Source: an uncultured virus (IMG/VR IMGVR_UViG_3300044675_006217) (Duplodnaviria; Heunggongvirae; Uroviricota; Caudoviricetes). From it: a DNA stretch of 64,000 nt. The translations under genes were made by a program, and so were the position numbers. This document shows, one piece after another, positions 50,869 to 60,888 of this stretch (its first letter is position 1; each line of letters starts with the position of its first letter). Where the stretch lies: the IMG/VR virus record IMGVR_UViG_3300044675_006217; one strand, given 5' to 3'. The notes under the pieces are model-generated. The model saw nothing but the letters and a program-made list of their open reading frames with translations, made no database searches and was not told the DNA's origin.

Positions 50869-52110
50869 ATGAAAATATTTGTCCAAATTGCGTCTTATAG
50901 AGACCCCGAACTTTTACCGACAATCAGAGACTGCATTTCAAAGGCAAAAAACCCTGAGAATTTAACCTTTGGTATTTGTTGGCAACGAGATGAAAATGAA
51001 TCTATGGGAGAATTTGCAAATGACGAAAGATTCAAAATATTAGATTATCATTGGTCAAAAAGTAAAGGACTGTGTTGGGCTCGTTCAGAAATTCAAAAAT
51101 TATGGAACGGAGAAGAATACACATTACAATTAGATTCACACCATAGATTCTTACAGGATTGGGATATTGAGTTGATTGAAATGATGAAAATGACAGGTTC
51201 AAAAAAACCAATCATTACTGCATATGCAGGCATGTATGAACCCAAAACTAATAAATTATTAAATGTTGAGCCATACAAAATGGTTGCATCTAACTTCACA
51301 CCGGGAGGAACAATTATGTTTAGACCTCACGAAATTCCAAATTGGAAAGAGTTAGATAAACCAATACCTGCAAGATTTGTTAGTGGTCACTTTTTCTTTA
51401 CGATTGGAAAACATTGTGAAGAATATAAGTATGACCCCAACATTTACTTTGCTGGTGATGAAATCAGTTTATCTATTAGGTCATATACATTAGGTTATGA
51501 TTTATTTCACCCACATAAAACAGTTGTTTGGCATGAATACACAAGAGAAGGTAGAACAAAACATTGGACGGATTTTAATGAGGAAAACAAACAAAGTGGG
51601 GTAGTTGAAGAACCATGGTGGGAAATGGATACTAAGTCCAAAATAAGACTTAGACACATGTTACAAGAAGAAGACCATGGTATTGACTTGGGGGAATATG
51701 GATTAGGTAATGTAAGAACTCATCGTGATTATGAATTGTATGCGGGTATTAATTTTTTAGATAGAAAATTACATCCAAAGACATTGAAAGGTGAAAATCC
51801 ACCCATTAATGATGAAACTGATTGGCATAAAAAAGAAAGTTTTATGTTTACATACAATATAATTGTTCCAAGATTAGAAGCCCCTGAAGATGATTATGAT
51901 TTTTGGGCAATTTCATTTTTGGACGATTTAGGAAATGAAATTTATAGACAAGATGCCAATAGTAATGAAATCAAAGAATTGTATGAAGTAAAAAGTGATT
52001 ACGTAAATATAAAAAGAACATTCTTGGTGGATAGAACAACAAAAAGTTGGTCAATTTGGATACACCATAGACAAAGTGGTTGGGTTAAACAAATTACAGG
52101 TGAAATATGA
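50869..52110 (+). CDS. GT60-like polypeptide GlcNAc transferase (Skp1-hydroxyproline GlcNAc-transferase family)
   Basis: IFVQIASYRDPEL..TI......A.NPE....GICWQ, SKGLCWAR, YTLQLDSHHRF..DWD, F.GDEISLSIRSYT.GYDLFHP, WHEY, YGLG.VR...DY. Confidence 0.8.
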   Translation: MKIFVQIASYRDPELLPTIRDCISKAKNPENLTFGICWQRDENESMGEFANDERFKILDYHWSKSKGLCWARSEIQKLWNGEEYTLQLDSHHRFLQDWDIELIEMMKMTGSKKPIITAYAGMYEPKTNKLLNVEPYKMVASNFTPGGTIMFRPHEIPNWKELDKPIPARFVSGHFFFTIGKHCEEYKYDPNIYFAGDEISLSIRSYTLGYDLFHPHKTVVWHEYTREGRTKHWTDFNEENKQSGVVEEPWWEMDTKSKIRLRHMLQEEDHGIDLGEYGLGNVRTHRDYELYAGINFLDRKLHPKTLKGENPPINDETDWHKKESFMFTYNIIVPRLEAPEDDYDFWAISFLDDLGNEIYRQDANSNEIKELYEVKSDYVNIKRTFLVDRTTKSWSIWIHHRQSGWVKQITGEI

Positions 52111-52904
52111 ATATAGGGGTTTTTTACCAATCAGGTCATAAATTAGTTGCTTGTTATAAAGCAATTGAACAGTTTAGAAAATTTTATCCAAACGCACCAA
52201 TTTCTTTATTTGAAGATGGTTCGGAGTTATTAGAGCCTGTGGCAAAAAAATTTAATTGTGACTACACTTGGATTAAACAACAAGGAGTTAATAACCTACA
52301 TTCAGGTAAAGTTTTTGTTGATAAAGATGGATTATATCGGTGGTTGACAAGAATATATGAGGCTTGTCTAACAACACTTAAAGACGTTGAATGGATTATT
52401 CATTATGAAGATGATGTTTGGTGTAAATGTGAAATAACAATACCACCAAAGTTTGATATATCAGGAGCTTATGGACCATATTACACAAAAGAATTGTATG
52501 AATATCTAAAAAATAAATTTAATATTAAAGACAACTCAAGACACGTTTGGAGTGAATTAGGGTCTTTAGAAAATTATGGGGCTTGTGGTGGTGCAATTTT
52601 CAATAGAGAAAAGTTTATAGAAATATATAATAGATTAGGTGAAGTACCTTGGGACGAAATATATAAATTAGACTCAAGGCCTGTGGAGTGGTGTGATGCA
52701 ACTCTTTCATTTTTATTTCAATTTTTTGGATTTACTTGGGGACCATGGGATGATTGGTCACAATACGAAGACAAAAATATAGGAAATTGGTGGGATAAAA
52801 CAGGATGGTCAGTACCTATGGAAGAACAAAAAGATGTTGCATTTATTCATGCATACAAACATTTTTACTGTTATAAACCTGAAGAAATAAATTTGGAGTT
52901 TTAA
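52107..52904 (+). CDS. Putative GT-A fold glycosyltransferase
   Basis: FRKFYP.API.L..DG, IIHYEDDVW (DxD-like), CGGAIFN, WCD, terminal FIH; ATGA overlap with the GT60-like gene. Confidence 0.6.
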   Translation: MNIGVFYQSGHKLVACYKAIEQFRKFYPNAPISLFEDGSELLEPVAKKFNCDYTWIKQQGVNNLHSGKVFVDKDGLYRWLTRIYEACLTTLKDVEWIIHYEDDVWCKCEITIPPKFDISGAYGPYYTKELYEYLKNKFNIKDNSRHVWSELGSLENYGACGGAIFNREKFIEIYNRLGEVPWDEIYKLDSRPVEWCDATLSFLFQFFGFTWGPWDDWSQYEDKNIGNWWDKTGWSVPMEEQKDVAFIHAYKHFYCYKPEEINLEF

Positions 52905-52948
52905 ATGCAAAAAAAAACTTTGGGTTATTTATATAAAAAGAAAATTTA

Positions 52949-54556
52949 ATGGCAAATATACTTTTACAGAGTTGTTGTTACCCCGGTTTACAATATTTTA
53001 CAAACCAAACTAATTGGACCGCTGGGACTTCGGCTGTAACTTCTGTTTATTATATTACTTATGATGCATCTGTTGTAAGTGGATGTTATTCAATTGTTTC
53101 TGCGTTTACGTCAGGGTTTACCGCAACAAGTTATGTACCTAATGGAACATATGGACTACAAACAGGATGTACCGCCTCAAGTTGTGCAACAGGAGAATGT
53201 TGTTCTAATAAATATTGTGTTGTAATAAATAAAGATGAATATTCTGCATACACCGGAACATATGTTGTTGCGGGAGGATATAACGGATTCCCCTTTTTCA
53301 CAGGAGGAACACAACCAGGGTATATCTATAAAAGTGCTACAAAATGGTGTTTAGGTACAGCACCTGGTACAAATTGTTTCTTCTACGGACAAAACCCAAC
53401 GACTTCTGTTTGTCCAAATCTTTTTACCGACTTATTTTATCCTGGTGATTGTGTTCCCCCAACACCAACACCAACTCCTGTATGTGATACTTTTGATTTT
53501 TCATATGATGTTGATTGTGATGCGCCGACACCAACACCAACCCCGACTCCTACACCAACACCAACCCCGACTCCTACACCAACACCAACTCCAAATATAT
53601 GTAGTGCTTTTACAGTAAACATTAGTGTTAGTGCATCAACACCAACACCAACACCAACACCAACCCCAACACCCACTCCTACACCAACAATCAATTTGAC
53701 TGGTGAAACTGTAACATTTACAATAGACGATGGAAACTTTATATGTTTTAGAGTTAAGGAATTAAGAGATTGTAACGAAAACGTTTCTTATTACGTTTCA
53801 GGTCCTTTGGAATTATCAGGCACACCAATATCAACAGGACAAACATTCTTAGGGGTTATTAATGACCAATTAAAATGTGCAACATATATACAAGATACAA
53901 CAGCAAGTCCTAATGCAACAGTTAAGTTAGTGGTTTCAGCATATACCGCTTGTACGATTTGCCCAACACCTACACCTACACCGACTCCGACACCTACACC
54001 GACTCCGACACCTACACCAACACCAACCCCAACACCTACTTACGCACCTGGTACTTACTTTGTGTTTACATCTTGTACGACAACATCGATGATTACACAA
54101 ACAGCAACCCCACCAACTAATTTAGACCCGGGAGAAGTAATTAGAGATTATTCTGGAAATTGTTATAGTTATGTAGGATACTTCATAAATTATGTTCCAC
54201 CTTCAGGTTATATTGTGGTAAATGAAAATAGATTTACAGCGACTACTGCCACAACTTATGTTGATTGTGCAGAGTGTCTACAAGTTGAACCACTTGTTGG
54301 AACATTTAACGAATGGATTGGTAATGGAGCATATTCGGTTAATTGCCCTGGATGTCAATTAACTAATTTTGGATTACAAACAATATTCTACACTCATCCA
54401 TCAGTTAATCAAATACAAACAGGAGTAACAGTATATAGTAATTCATCGTTATTATATCCATTAACGATTGATTATATTAGATACGGAAATAAAATTTATA
54501 GTGTCGACAACAGTGGTGTAATCACCGAGTTTTGCACAGTAAACGGAGTATGTTAA
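52949..54556 (+). CDS. Cys-rich mucin-like virion protein with Pro-Thr tracts
   Basis: 535 aa, ~28 Cys, three long PT tracts; preceded by TATTTATA (52926-52933). Confidence 0.65.
   Translation: MANILLQSCCYPGLQYFTNQTNWTAGTSAVTSVYYITYDASVVSGCYSIVSAFTSGFTATSYVPNGTYGLQTGCTASSCATGECCSNKYCVVINKDEYSAYTGTYVVAGGYNGFPFFTGGTQPGYIYKSATKWCLGTAPGTNCFFYGQNPTTSVCPNLFTDLFYPGDCVPPTPTPTPVCDTFDFSYDVDCDAPTPTPTPTPTPTPTPTPTPTPTPNICSAFTVNISVSASTPTPTPTPTPTPTPTPTINLTGETVTFTIDDGNFICFRVKELRDCNENVSYYVSGPLELSGTPISTGQTFLGVINDQLKCATYIQDTTASPNATVKLVVSAYTACTICPTPTPTPTPTPTPTPTPTPTPTPTPTYAPGTYFVFTSCTTTSMITQTATPPTNLDPGEVIRDYSGNCYSYVGYFINYVPPSGYIVVNENRFTATTATTYVDCAECLQVEPLVGTFNEWIGNGAYSVNCPGCQLTNFGLQTIFYTHPSVNQIQTGVTVYSNSSLLYPLTIDYIRYGNKIYSVDNSGVITEFCTVNGVC
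53525..54040 (+). repeat. Three Pro-Thr dipeptide tracts
   Basis: 53525-53593 (23 aa), 53639-53689 (17 aa) and 53963-54040 (26 aa), with synonymous codon variation. Confidence 0.9.
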
Positions 54557-54560
54557 AAAA

Positions 54561-54851
54561 ATGGCAACAATAGTAACACTAAATACAATAACTTCAGGAA
54601 CAAGTCCATACGATATTTGGGTTTGTGACGAATGTGGGATATACGGAACTTGTCAATATATTGCAACAATTTCTTCAGTTCCATATTCATTTACATTACC
54701 TGTTTCCTTTGAATCGATGGATAGTTATGTTGTTAAAATAATAGACAGCAATGGTTGTGAGTTCTGTTCTGATAGTTTATGTAACTATAAACAGTTTCAA
54801 GACCTAATATGTTTTGAATTTCAAGATGGAATACCATATAACTTTCAATAA
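54561..54851 (+). CDS. Single SprB-like module with C-terminal hook; paralogue of 49728-50015
   Basis: GTSPYDIWVCD...VKIIDSNGC, then YKQFQD..CFEFQDG. Confidence 0.6.
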   Translation: MATIVTLNTITSGTSPYDIWVCDECGIYGTCQYIATISSVPYSFTLPVSFESMDSYVVKIIDSNGCEFCSDSLCNYKQFQDLICFEFQDGIPYNFQ

Positions 54852-54875
54852 ACTTTGATATATATAAAATAAAAA

Positions 54876-56456
54876 ATGGCAACTTTAACATCAAGGACAT
54901 TAGCTACAGGAGCAACACTTAATGACCTCATACATATTGTAATAACTGGTGACACATCACAAAGCCCAACTGGCTCATCATATAAGGCAAGATTATCACA
55001 ATTAGTACCTTTATTCGGAGGTTCACCTGATGTTTATTTAACAGGAGGAACTGCAGTATCTTCAGGAGGGACTATAACTTTTACTAACACAACAGGAGGA
55101 ACCTTTACCGTATCAGGACTAACAACACCATTTACAGGTGGTTCAGGTAATTGTATTACAAGTTTTTATACAAATAATATCCACGCCTGTACAAACGAAA
55201 TAACAGTACATAACAGGGTCCAATCAACAGGGTCTGACGCTCAAAATACATTGAGTTTTGCGTTTGGAGATAATGTACAAGCATTAAGTAATTACAGTCA
55301 TGCTGAAGGTGTGGATACAATTGCTTCGGGAACTACATCACACGCTGAAGGGTCTAACACAAAGGCATTTGGTTCCAATTCACACTCTGAAGGAACTAGT
55401 ACAAGAGCAGGAACAAATACTGCGTATTTGGCAACAGGACTTACTTCAGGAGTACTTTATTTAAGTAGTGTTTATGGAAACGTCACAGCGAATTATACAA
55501 ATAATGAATTTATTTGGATTGATAATTCTGTCTTCGCGGCAACTTTATCTGACGATTTTCAAAAAGTCTCAGGAACAACATTTAGTGGTGGTAGGACTAT
55601 TATATACCTTTATGACACTGGACTTTCTACTACAGGTAATTTATATGTGGGCGATACAAATGACCCATCATCTTGGGGTGGTAATCAAACCGCAGGAGGT
55701 AAAAGTGCATCTGTAAAAGGTTTCGAGTCTGGAGCAATTGGGACCTATTCGTTCGCTGGTGGACAAGGAAATTATTCTTTTGGTCGTAGCACATTTTCCA
55801 CTAATAAAAGTAATAAAGTTTTTGGAAATGCGTCTTCAGCATTTGGGTCTAACAATAAAGTTTATGGAACTAGTTCATCGTCATTCGGAGATAGTAATAA
55901 AATAGAAGCGAGTATCGGGTTTTCTATAGGTGATGGTAATGAAATATACGGAGATATAAGTTTTCTTGGTGGCGCCGACAATACTTCAAACGGATATGCG
56001 AGTTTTGGATTTGGTGAACAACACACTATAAATGGTGAAATTAGCGCTATTTTAGGGGGAAGTACGAATACTATCCAATCGGGTACTTCCGCAAACTGTA
56101 CAATATTAGGTGGAGAACTTAACGTTATATCAGCGGCAACACCATCTGACCCATGTTATAATTCATCTATATTAGGCGGTTTAGGAAACGTTGTTAAATA
56201 TTTTAATTCAGCAATAGTTGGTAGTGAAAATTCAACATTAATGGCTGACCATTCAGTAATTTTAGGAGGTATTTCAATTTCAGGAACTCAGGCTGAAACT
56301 GTGTACGTTCCAAATTTTGTTGTTAAAGGTAATTCTATCACACCAACAGGAACAACGGACCCAACAGGTGAAGTCGGACAAATAACGTATGATTCATCCT
56401 ATTTGTATTATAGAGATACGTCAGGTTGGAAAAGATTAAGTGGGGCAACTTGGTAA
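54876..56456 (+). CDS. Tail fibre/spike with YadA-head-like beta-roll repeats
   Basis: SHAEG repeats, S.AFG..N repeats and SAILGG..N repeats; C-terminal GEVGQITYDSSYLY....GWKR. Confidence 0.7.
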   Translation: MATLTSRTLATGATLNDLIHIVITGDTSQSPTGSSYKARLSQLVPLFGGSPDVYLTGGTAVSSGGTITFTNTTGGTFTVSGLTTPFTGGSGNCITSFYTNNIHACTNEITVHNRVQSTGSDAQNTLSFAFGDNVQALSNYSHAEGVDTIASGTTSHAEGSNTKAFGSNSHSEGTSTRAGTNTAYLATGLTSGVLYLSSVYGNVTANYTNNEFIWIDNSVFAATLSDDFQKVSGTTFSGGRTIIYLYDTGLSTTGNLYVGDTNDPSSWGGNQTAGGKSASVKGFESGAIGTYSFAGGQGNYSFGRSTFSTNKSNKVFGNASSAFGSNNKVYGTSSSSFGDSNKIEASIGFSIGDGNEIYGDISFLGGADNTSNGYASFGFGEQHTINGEISAILGGSTNTIQSGTSANCTILGGELNVISAATPSDPCYNSSILGGLGNVVKYFNSAIVGSENSTLMADHSVILGGISISGTQAETVYVPNFVVKGNSITPTGTTDPTGEVGQITYDSSYLYYRDTSGWKRLSGATW

Positions 56457-56457
56457 G

Positions 56458-58032
56458 ATGGGTTTATTAAGTGGAAATAGTTGTAATATAATAACACTTC
56501 TACCATTAGGTTTAGATTGTGATAGTATTAATGCGTCAACACCTGATTCAACTAATGGTCTAATAACCTTATACGTAACAGGAGGAACTCCACCTTATAC
56601 TATAAATTGGAGTAACGGGGCTCAAGGTTCTTTACTTACTAATTTACTACCTGGTAATTATACTGCAACAGTTATAGATTATTATGGTGATTTTACAGGT
56701 CAAACAACTTGTTCAGTTGATTATGATAGTTTCTATTTAGAACAGTTTGAAGACTGTGAAAATTCAGGAACTTTTGTTTATTATGTTGCAGATTTACCTT
56801 CAAAATTCGTTGATGGTAAAGTGTACAGTTTAACAAGTCAAGTTGGTTGTTGGACTCATAGTGGTCAAACATTATATACAGGACAAAGTTATATTAATAA
56901 TTTTGCAGTAATATCTACAGGGCCATTTGACACTTGTTCAGATTGTTTACCTCCACCGACACCAGCACCTGTATACCCACAAAACTTATGTTTTGAATAT
57001 ACACCTTCTTTTAATACAACGTATTTAACTACTTTAACCAGCGGTTCAACAATCAATGGTTACCCGTCTTGGACAAGTTCAACTTATACGGTATTCTATA
57101 GTACAGGAAATACAAGATGGGAAGTTAGCGGATGGACTAATCCTGGCGTTCCCGCTTTATTACAACCAACAACGCCACCTACAGGTAATTGGTCTTTACT
57201 TGGAACATATCAAGGTACTGTATTTGTATCAACAGGAGTTTGTACAACACCGCCATTAACTTTATCAGTTTCAACAACACAACCAACTTGTTCTAACACA
57301 TCTAACGGTGTGATTAATGTCACGGGTTATGGAGGAGTTCCATCTTACACGTATTCTATCAATGGAGTTAATTATCAAATGTCAAATACATTTTTAGGTT
57401 TGGCTGCTGGTAATTATACAATTTATATAAAAGATACTAATAACACAGTAACAACTCAGTCAGTAACACTTACACCACAAAATTCTTATACAAACTATAC
57501 ACTTAATTTAAGTTTAACTCCGTTGGCAAATCAAACTAATGTTGGTACTACAACTACCAAAACTTGGTATTATCAAATAAACGTTACACCAACATTACCG
57601 GCAGGAAAAACAGTAAACTTTACAATTAATACTGCCGTTGGATTTACAGGAAAAACTTTCGTAACAAACGTACCTGTTATTACAAATTCTATAACTGCAA
57701 CAACATCAGGTAATGCAACTTTAAGTACTCCAACAAACTCTGTGGTTACTACTAGTTCACAAACTAGACCTTCTTGTAATTTATCTAATATAAATTATAG
57801 TTCATTTACAAATACATACACTGCAAGTATTTCATCAGGAGGAATTATAAACGGTACTATTACTCAGTTTATTAATACTCCAAGTATAGAATTTAACGGT
57901 TGTCAACTTGAAGGTTATATTTTAGATACAGTAACAATAACAAATGTAACTATAACCCCATCAACATGTAACGGTATAAGTGTAAACGGGTCACCAAAGT
58001 ATATGCCTTTACAAAAAATAGGTTTATCTTAA
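56458..58032 (+). CDS. SprB-repeat and Cys-module tail appendage protein
   Basis: Start moved to ATG 56458, two bases after the upstream stop. TGGTPPYTINWSNG, GGVPSYTYSING...GLAAGNYTIYIKD, CSDC module. Confidence 0.65.
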   Translation: MGLLSGNSCNIITLLPLGLDCDSINASTPDSTNGLITLYVTGGTPPYTINWSNGAQGSLLTNLLPGNYTATVIDYYGDFTGQTTCSVDYDSFYLEQFEDCENSGTFVYYVADLPSKFVDGKVYSLTSQVGCWTHSGQTLYTGQSYINNFAVISTGPFDTCSDCLPPPTPAPVYPQNLCFEYTPSFNTTYLTTLTSGSTINGYPSWTSSTYTVFYSTGNTRWEVSGWTNPGVPALLQPTTPPTGNWSLLGTYQGTVFVSTGVCTTPPLTLSVSTTQPTCSNTSNGVINVTGYGGVPSYTYSINGVNYQMSNTFLGLAAGNYTIYIKDTNNTVTTQSVTLTPQNSYTNYTLNLSLTPLANQTNVGTTTTKTWYYQINVTPTLPAGKTVNFTINTAVGFTGKTFVTNVPVITNSITATTSGNATLSTPTNSVVTTSSQTRPSCNLSNINYSSFTNTYTASISSGGIINGTITQFINTPSIEFNGCQLEGYILDTVTITNVTITPSTCNGISVNGSPKYMPLQKIGLS

Positions 58033-58062
58033 AATAAATTTATAAAAATATATTTATAAAAT

Positions 58063-60276
58063 ATGTCATACATAATCAAAAATACCTCAGCGTTAATCAA
58101 CACTATAATAACCGACGCGGCAAGGAAAAAAATATCGCAAGGTAAATTTGATATTGCGTATTTTGAAGTTGGAGATAGTGAAGTTTGCTATAACGCAACA
58201 AGTAACACGGATTACGTTCAACTAAACGTTTTGATGCCACAATATAATGCTCAAAATTTAGCACCAATTCCTGAAAAAAATAGAATGCAAGTCAAATACC
58301 CTTTATTTGTAGATTCAACATCGGGAAGTACATTAGGTGTCCCTTTTGATGCGTCATATATCGATAATGTCTTTAATAGTGCAGCCCCAAGAGGTTTTTT
58401 TACAGGTTCTACAGGAACTCCTGTTGTATTTAGCGCATATACTTCATCTGCATATACTATAAATCCAAATTTTGTTGTATCTAACACAGGTGTAACTTCA
58501 GGTAATGTTTTAACACTTAAATATTCAAGTTTAGACCCAACAGTTTCAGGTACAGTTACTAATGGAATGTTTTTGTTTTTATTTGGTACGAATAACATTC
58601 AACCATTTACAGGAGCATCACCAATATTTAGTTATGTTGTAGTGGGTGTAACGGGAAATACTTCCACTGCAACAACAGTAACCGTACAAGTAGATAGACA
58701 ATTACCAAACTTTAGTGGTATGGGGTATACAGGAGACTCTAAAGTTGTTTTTTACCCATCAGGCATGACTGTCATTTATGACTCATTTACTCCTGAACCG
58801 TATTGGAATCCAAACGTTTTCAATTTTGAAACAAATTGTGATGTTTCACAAAAGGATGTTAAAGTTTGGAATATGAATATTCCATGGACCGAATCACCGG
58901 CAGGTATTTTTAACACCGTAAATCAAGATTTTAATTATTTCCAATCAACAGGATATACAGGTAGTAAAGAATATTTGGGTTACTATTCAGATAGTGGTCA
59001 AACAGATACTGACTCAGTTTATTTTTACAATTCATTTTCAGAAAAAATAACCGTTAAACCATCAGACCAAAAGGCTATTGCAATAGTTCATTATACAAAT
59101 CAAGCAATTGACAACTATTATGGTGAAAAGTTCGCAATGCAAGATTATGATAGTACTAACCCTGGAAATACAGGTCAGGCTAGAAATTTCAAACTATCCA
59201 TTCCTTGGTTAATGTGGCATAAAAATCCTAATGCGAAAGTTGGTGAAGTATTTTATACAGACCCTTCAGGATTTACAAACCTTAATTTATTTACACCACA
59301 TTATATTGAATCAAGAAAGAGCATCAATTTTAACGCACCGGGATTAAGATACTATCACCTTTGGGACACACACGCAAACACAAATGGTTTCCCAAATAGA
59401 ATTGGTAAAGTTTTTCCTGATTTAAAAATAATTGTATTTGATGATGATGAAATAGTTGCGGCGTTGAATTACAAATCAAATAGAAGTTGGACATTACCGG
59501 CACCAAAATTAGGTCTTGTGACTCCAAATACATTTAGTGGTGTATTAGGTGGGACACAAGGATTATTGACGGGAGATACTGAAACTTTATTTTTAACATA
59601 CAGATTAAATAACTCAGCATTTACAAATTCATTACATTGTAATTACTATCAGACTATAACAGGAAACGACCAAAGTTTATTACCGGGAGCTTCTGATATT
59701 CTTGTAAGGTTTGGAAATGAGTTTCCGTTTTTGAAAGTTCCTGTTTCAGGACTACCATCAGGATTTACCGCCACAGATATAAAACTTTTAGCACAAAAAG
59801 TATCAAGTGCCACGACAAGACCTGATGTTACACAATGGAGAGAAATTAATGTATTATCACAACTTTCTGCAACCACGGTTGGTGGATATTTAACCATATC
59901 AGGATTGACGGGAACAACTATTCAGTTGACAAAAAATATGTATGATACGGCACCAATATATGATTTGAATGATTATATAAGTCTACCTGTATTAAATCAA
60001 ACTGGTATAACTTTAAATTTTGGAGGTGAGTTTTTCTTTTTTGGAACAATTGAAACGGATATTCAAGCAACAATATATGTTATGAATTTCTTATGTAATT
60101 TGGGACAAACACAATTTTTTGATTCATCAAACCCAACTTGGGACGGAACAACACCACCTTATGTCACAGAAGTAGCACTTTACAATGCGAATAAAGAACT
60201 TATGGTTATATCTAAGATACAATCACCCGAAAAAAGACAAGGTGTTCAACAGTATCCGATTAAGTATGATTTTTAA
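58063..60276 (+). CDS. Putative baseplate/fibre-attachment structural protein
   Basis: N-terminal ITDAARKKISQG...YFEVGDSE and C-terminal YVTEVALYN.NKELMVISK resemble baseplate-proximal fibre domains. Confidence 0.5.
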   Translation: MSYIIKNTSALINTIITDAARKKISQGKFDIAYFEVGDSEVCYNATSNTDYVQLNVLMPQYNAQNLAPIPEKNRMQVKYPLFVDSTSGSTLGVPFDASYIDNVFNSAAPRGFFTGSTGTPVVFSAYTSSAYTINPNFVVSNTGVTSGNVLTLKYSSLDPTVSGTVTNGMFLFLFGTNNIQPFTGASPIFSYVVVGVTGNTSTATTVTVQVDRQLPNFSGMGYTGDSKVVFYPSGMTVIYDSFTPEPYWNPNVFNFETNCDVSQKDVKVWNMNIPWTESPAGIFNTVNQDFNYFQSTGYTGSKEYLGYYSDSGQTDTDSVYFYNSFSEKITVKPSDQKAIAIVHYTNQAIDNYYGEKFAMQDYDSTNPGNTGQARNFKLSIPWLMWHKNPNAKVGEVFYTDPSGFTNLNLFTPHYIESRKSINFNAPGLRYYHLWDTHANTNGFPNRIGKVFPDLKIIVFDDDEIVAALNYKSNRSWTLPAPKLGLVTPNTFSGVLGGTQGLLTGDTETLFLTYRLNNSAFTNSLHCNYYQTITGNDQSLLPGASDILVRFGNEFPFLKVPVSGLPSGFTATDIKLLAQKVSSATTRPDVTQWREINVLSQLSATTVGGYLTISGLTGTTIQLTKNMYDTAPIYDLNDYISLPVLNQTGITLNFGGEFFFFGTIETDIQATIYVMNFLCNLGQTQFFDSSNPTWDGTTPPYVTEVALYNANKELMVISKIQSPEKRQGVQQYPIKYDF

Positions 60277-60282
60277 AAAAAT

Positions 60283-60888
60283 ATGAATACAAAACCTGAT
60301 TTAAAAAACTCACCAAAAGTTTTAGGCTTAGATATATCAACCAAAACAATTGGATGGAGTCTTTTTGACATTAAAACCCAACAATTATTGGAGTTAACTC
60401 ATTTTTCACCAGTAATCAAACCAAAAGAAGAAAATAAAATTCAAGAACTATTATTAAAAGTAGATGCGTTTGAGTTAAAACTTGAGGGATATAAAAATTT
60501 GGGTATTACAAAAGTGGTAATAGAAGAACCACTATTAAATTCAAATAATGTTTGGACAGTAGGAACCCTATTGAGATATAATTCAATGATTACAAAATCA
60601 ATTTATGACATATTAGGTATTGTTCCCGATTATATATCTACATATAACTCAAGAAAGTATGCTTGGCCTGATTTACTTCAAAAAAACGACAAAGATAAAT
60701 TTGTATTATTTGGTGGATTACCAAAAGACACAGATAAAAAAGAAATTATTTGGAGAAAAGTATCCGACAAAGAGCCTCAAATTACATGGCACTATACCAA
60801 AAACAACACATTAAAAAAAGAATGTTTTGATATGGCAGATTCTTATACTTGTGTTCTTGGTTATATGAAACAAGAAAAAATTTGGTAA
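60283..60888 (+). CDS. RuvC-like Holliday junction resolvase
   Basis: VLGLDISTKTIGWS, VVIEEP, DMADS acidic catalytic residues. Confidence 0.75.
   Translation: MNTKPDLKNSPKVLGLDISTKTIGWSLFDIKTQQLLELTHFSPVIKPKEENKIQELLLKVDAFELKLEGYKNLGITKVVIEEPLLNSNNVWTVGTLLRYNSMITKSIYDILGIVPDYISTYNSRKYAWPDLLQKNDKDKFVLFGGLPKDTDKKEIIWRKVSDKEPQITWHYTKNNTLKKECFDMADSYTCVLGYMKQEKIW

Noticed and set aside
53437..53694. Minus-strand (GV)n ORF
   Set aside because: Antisense of the PT tracts.
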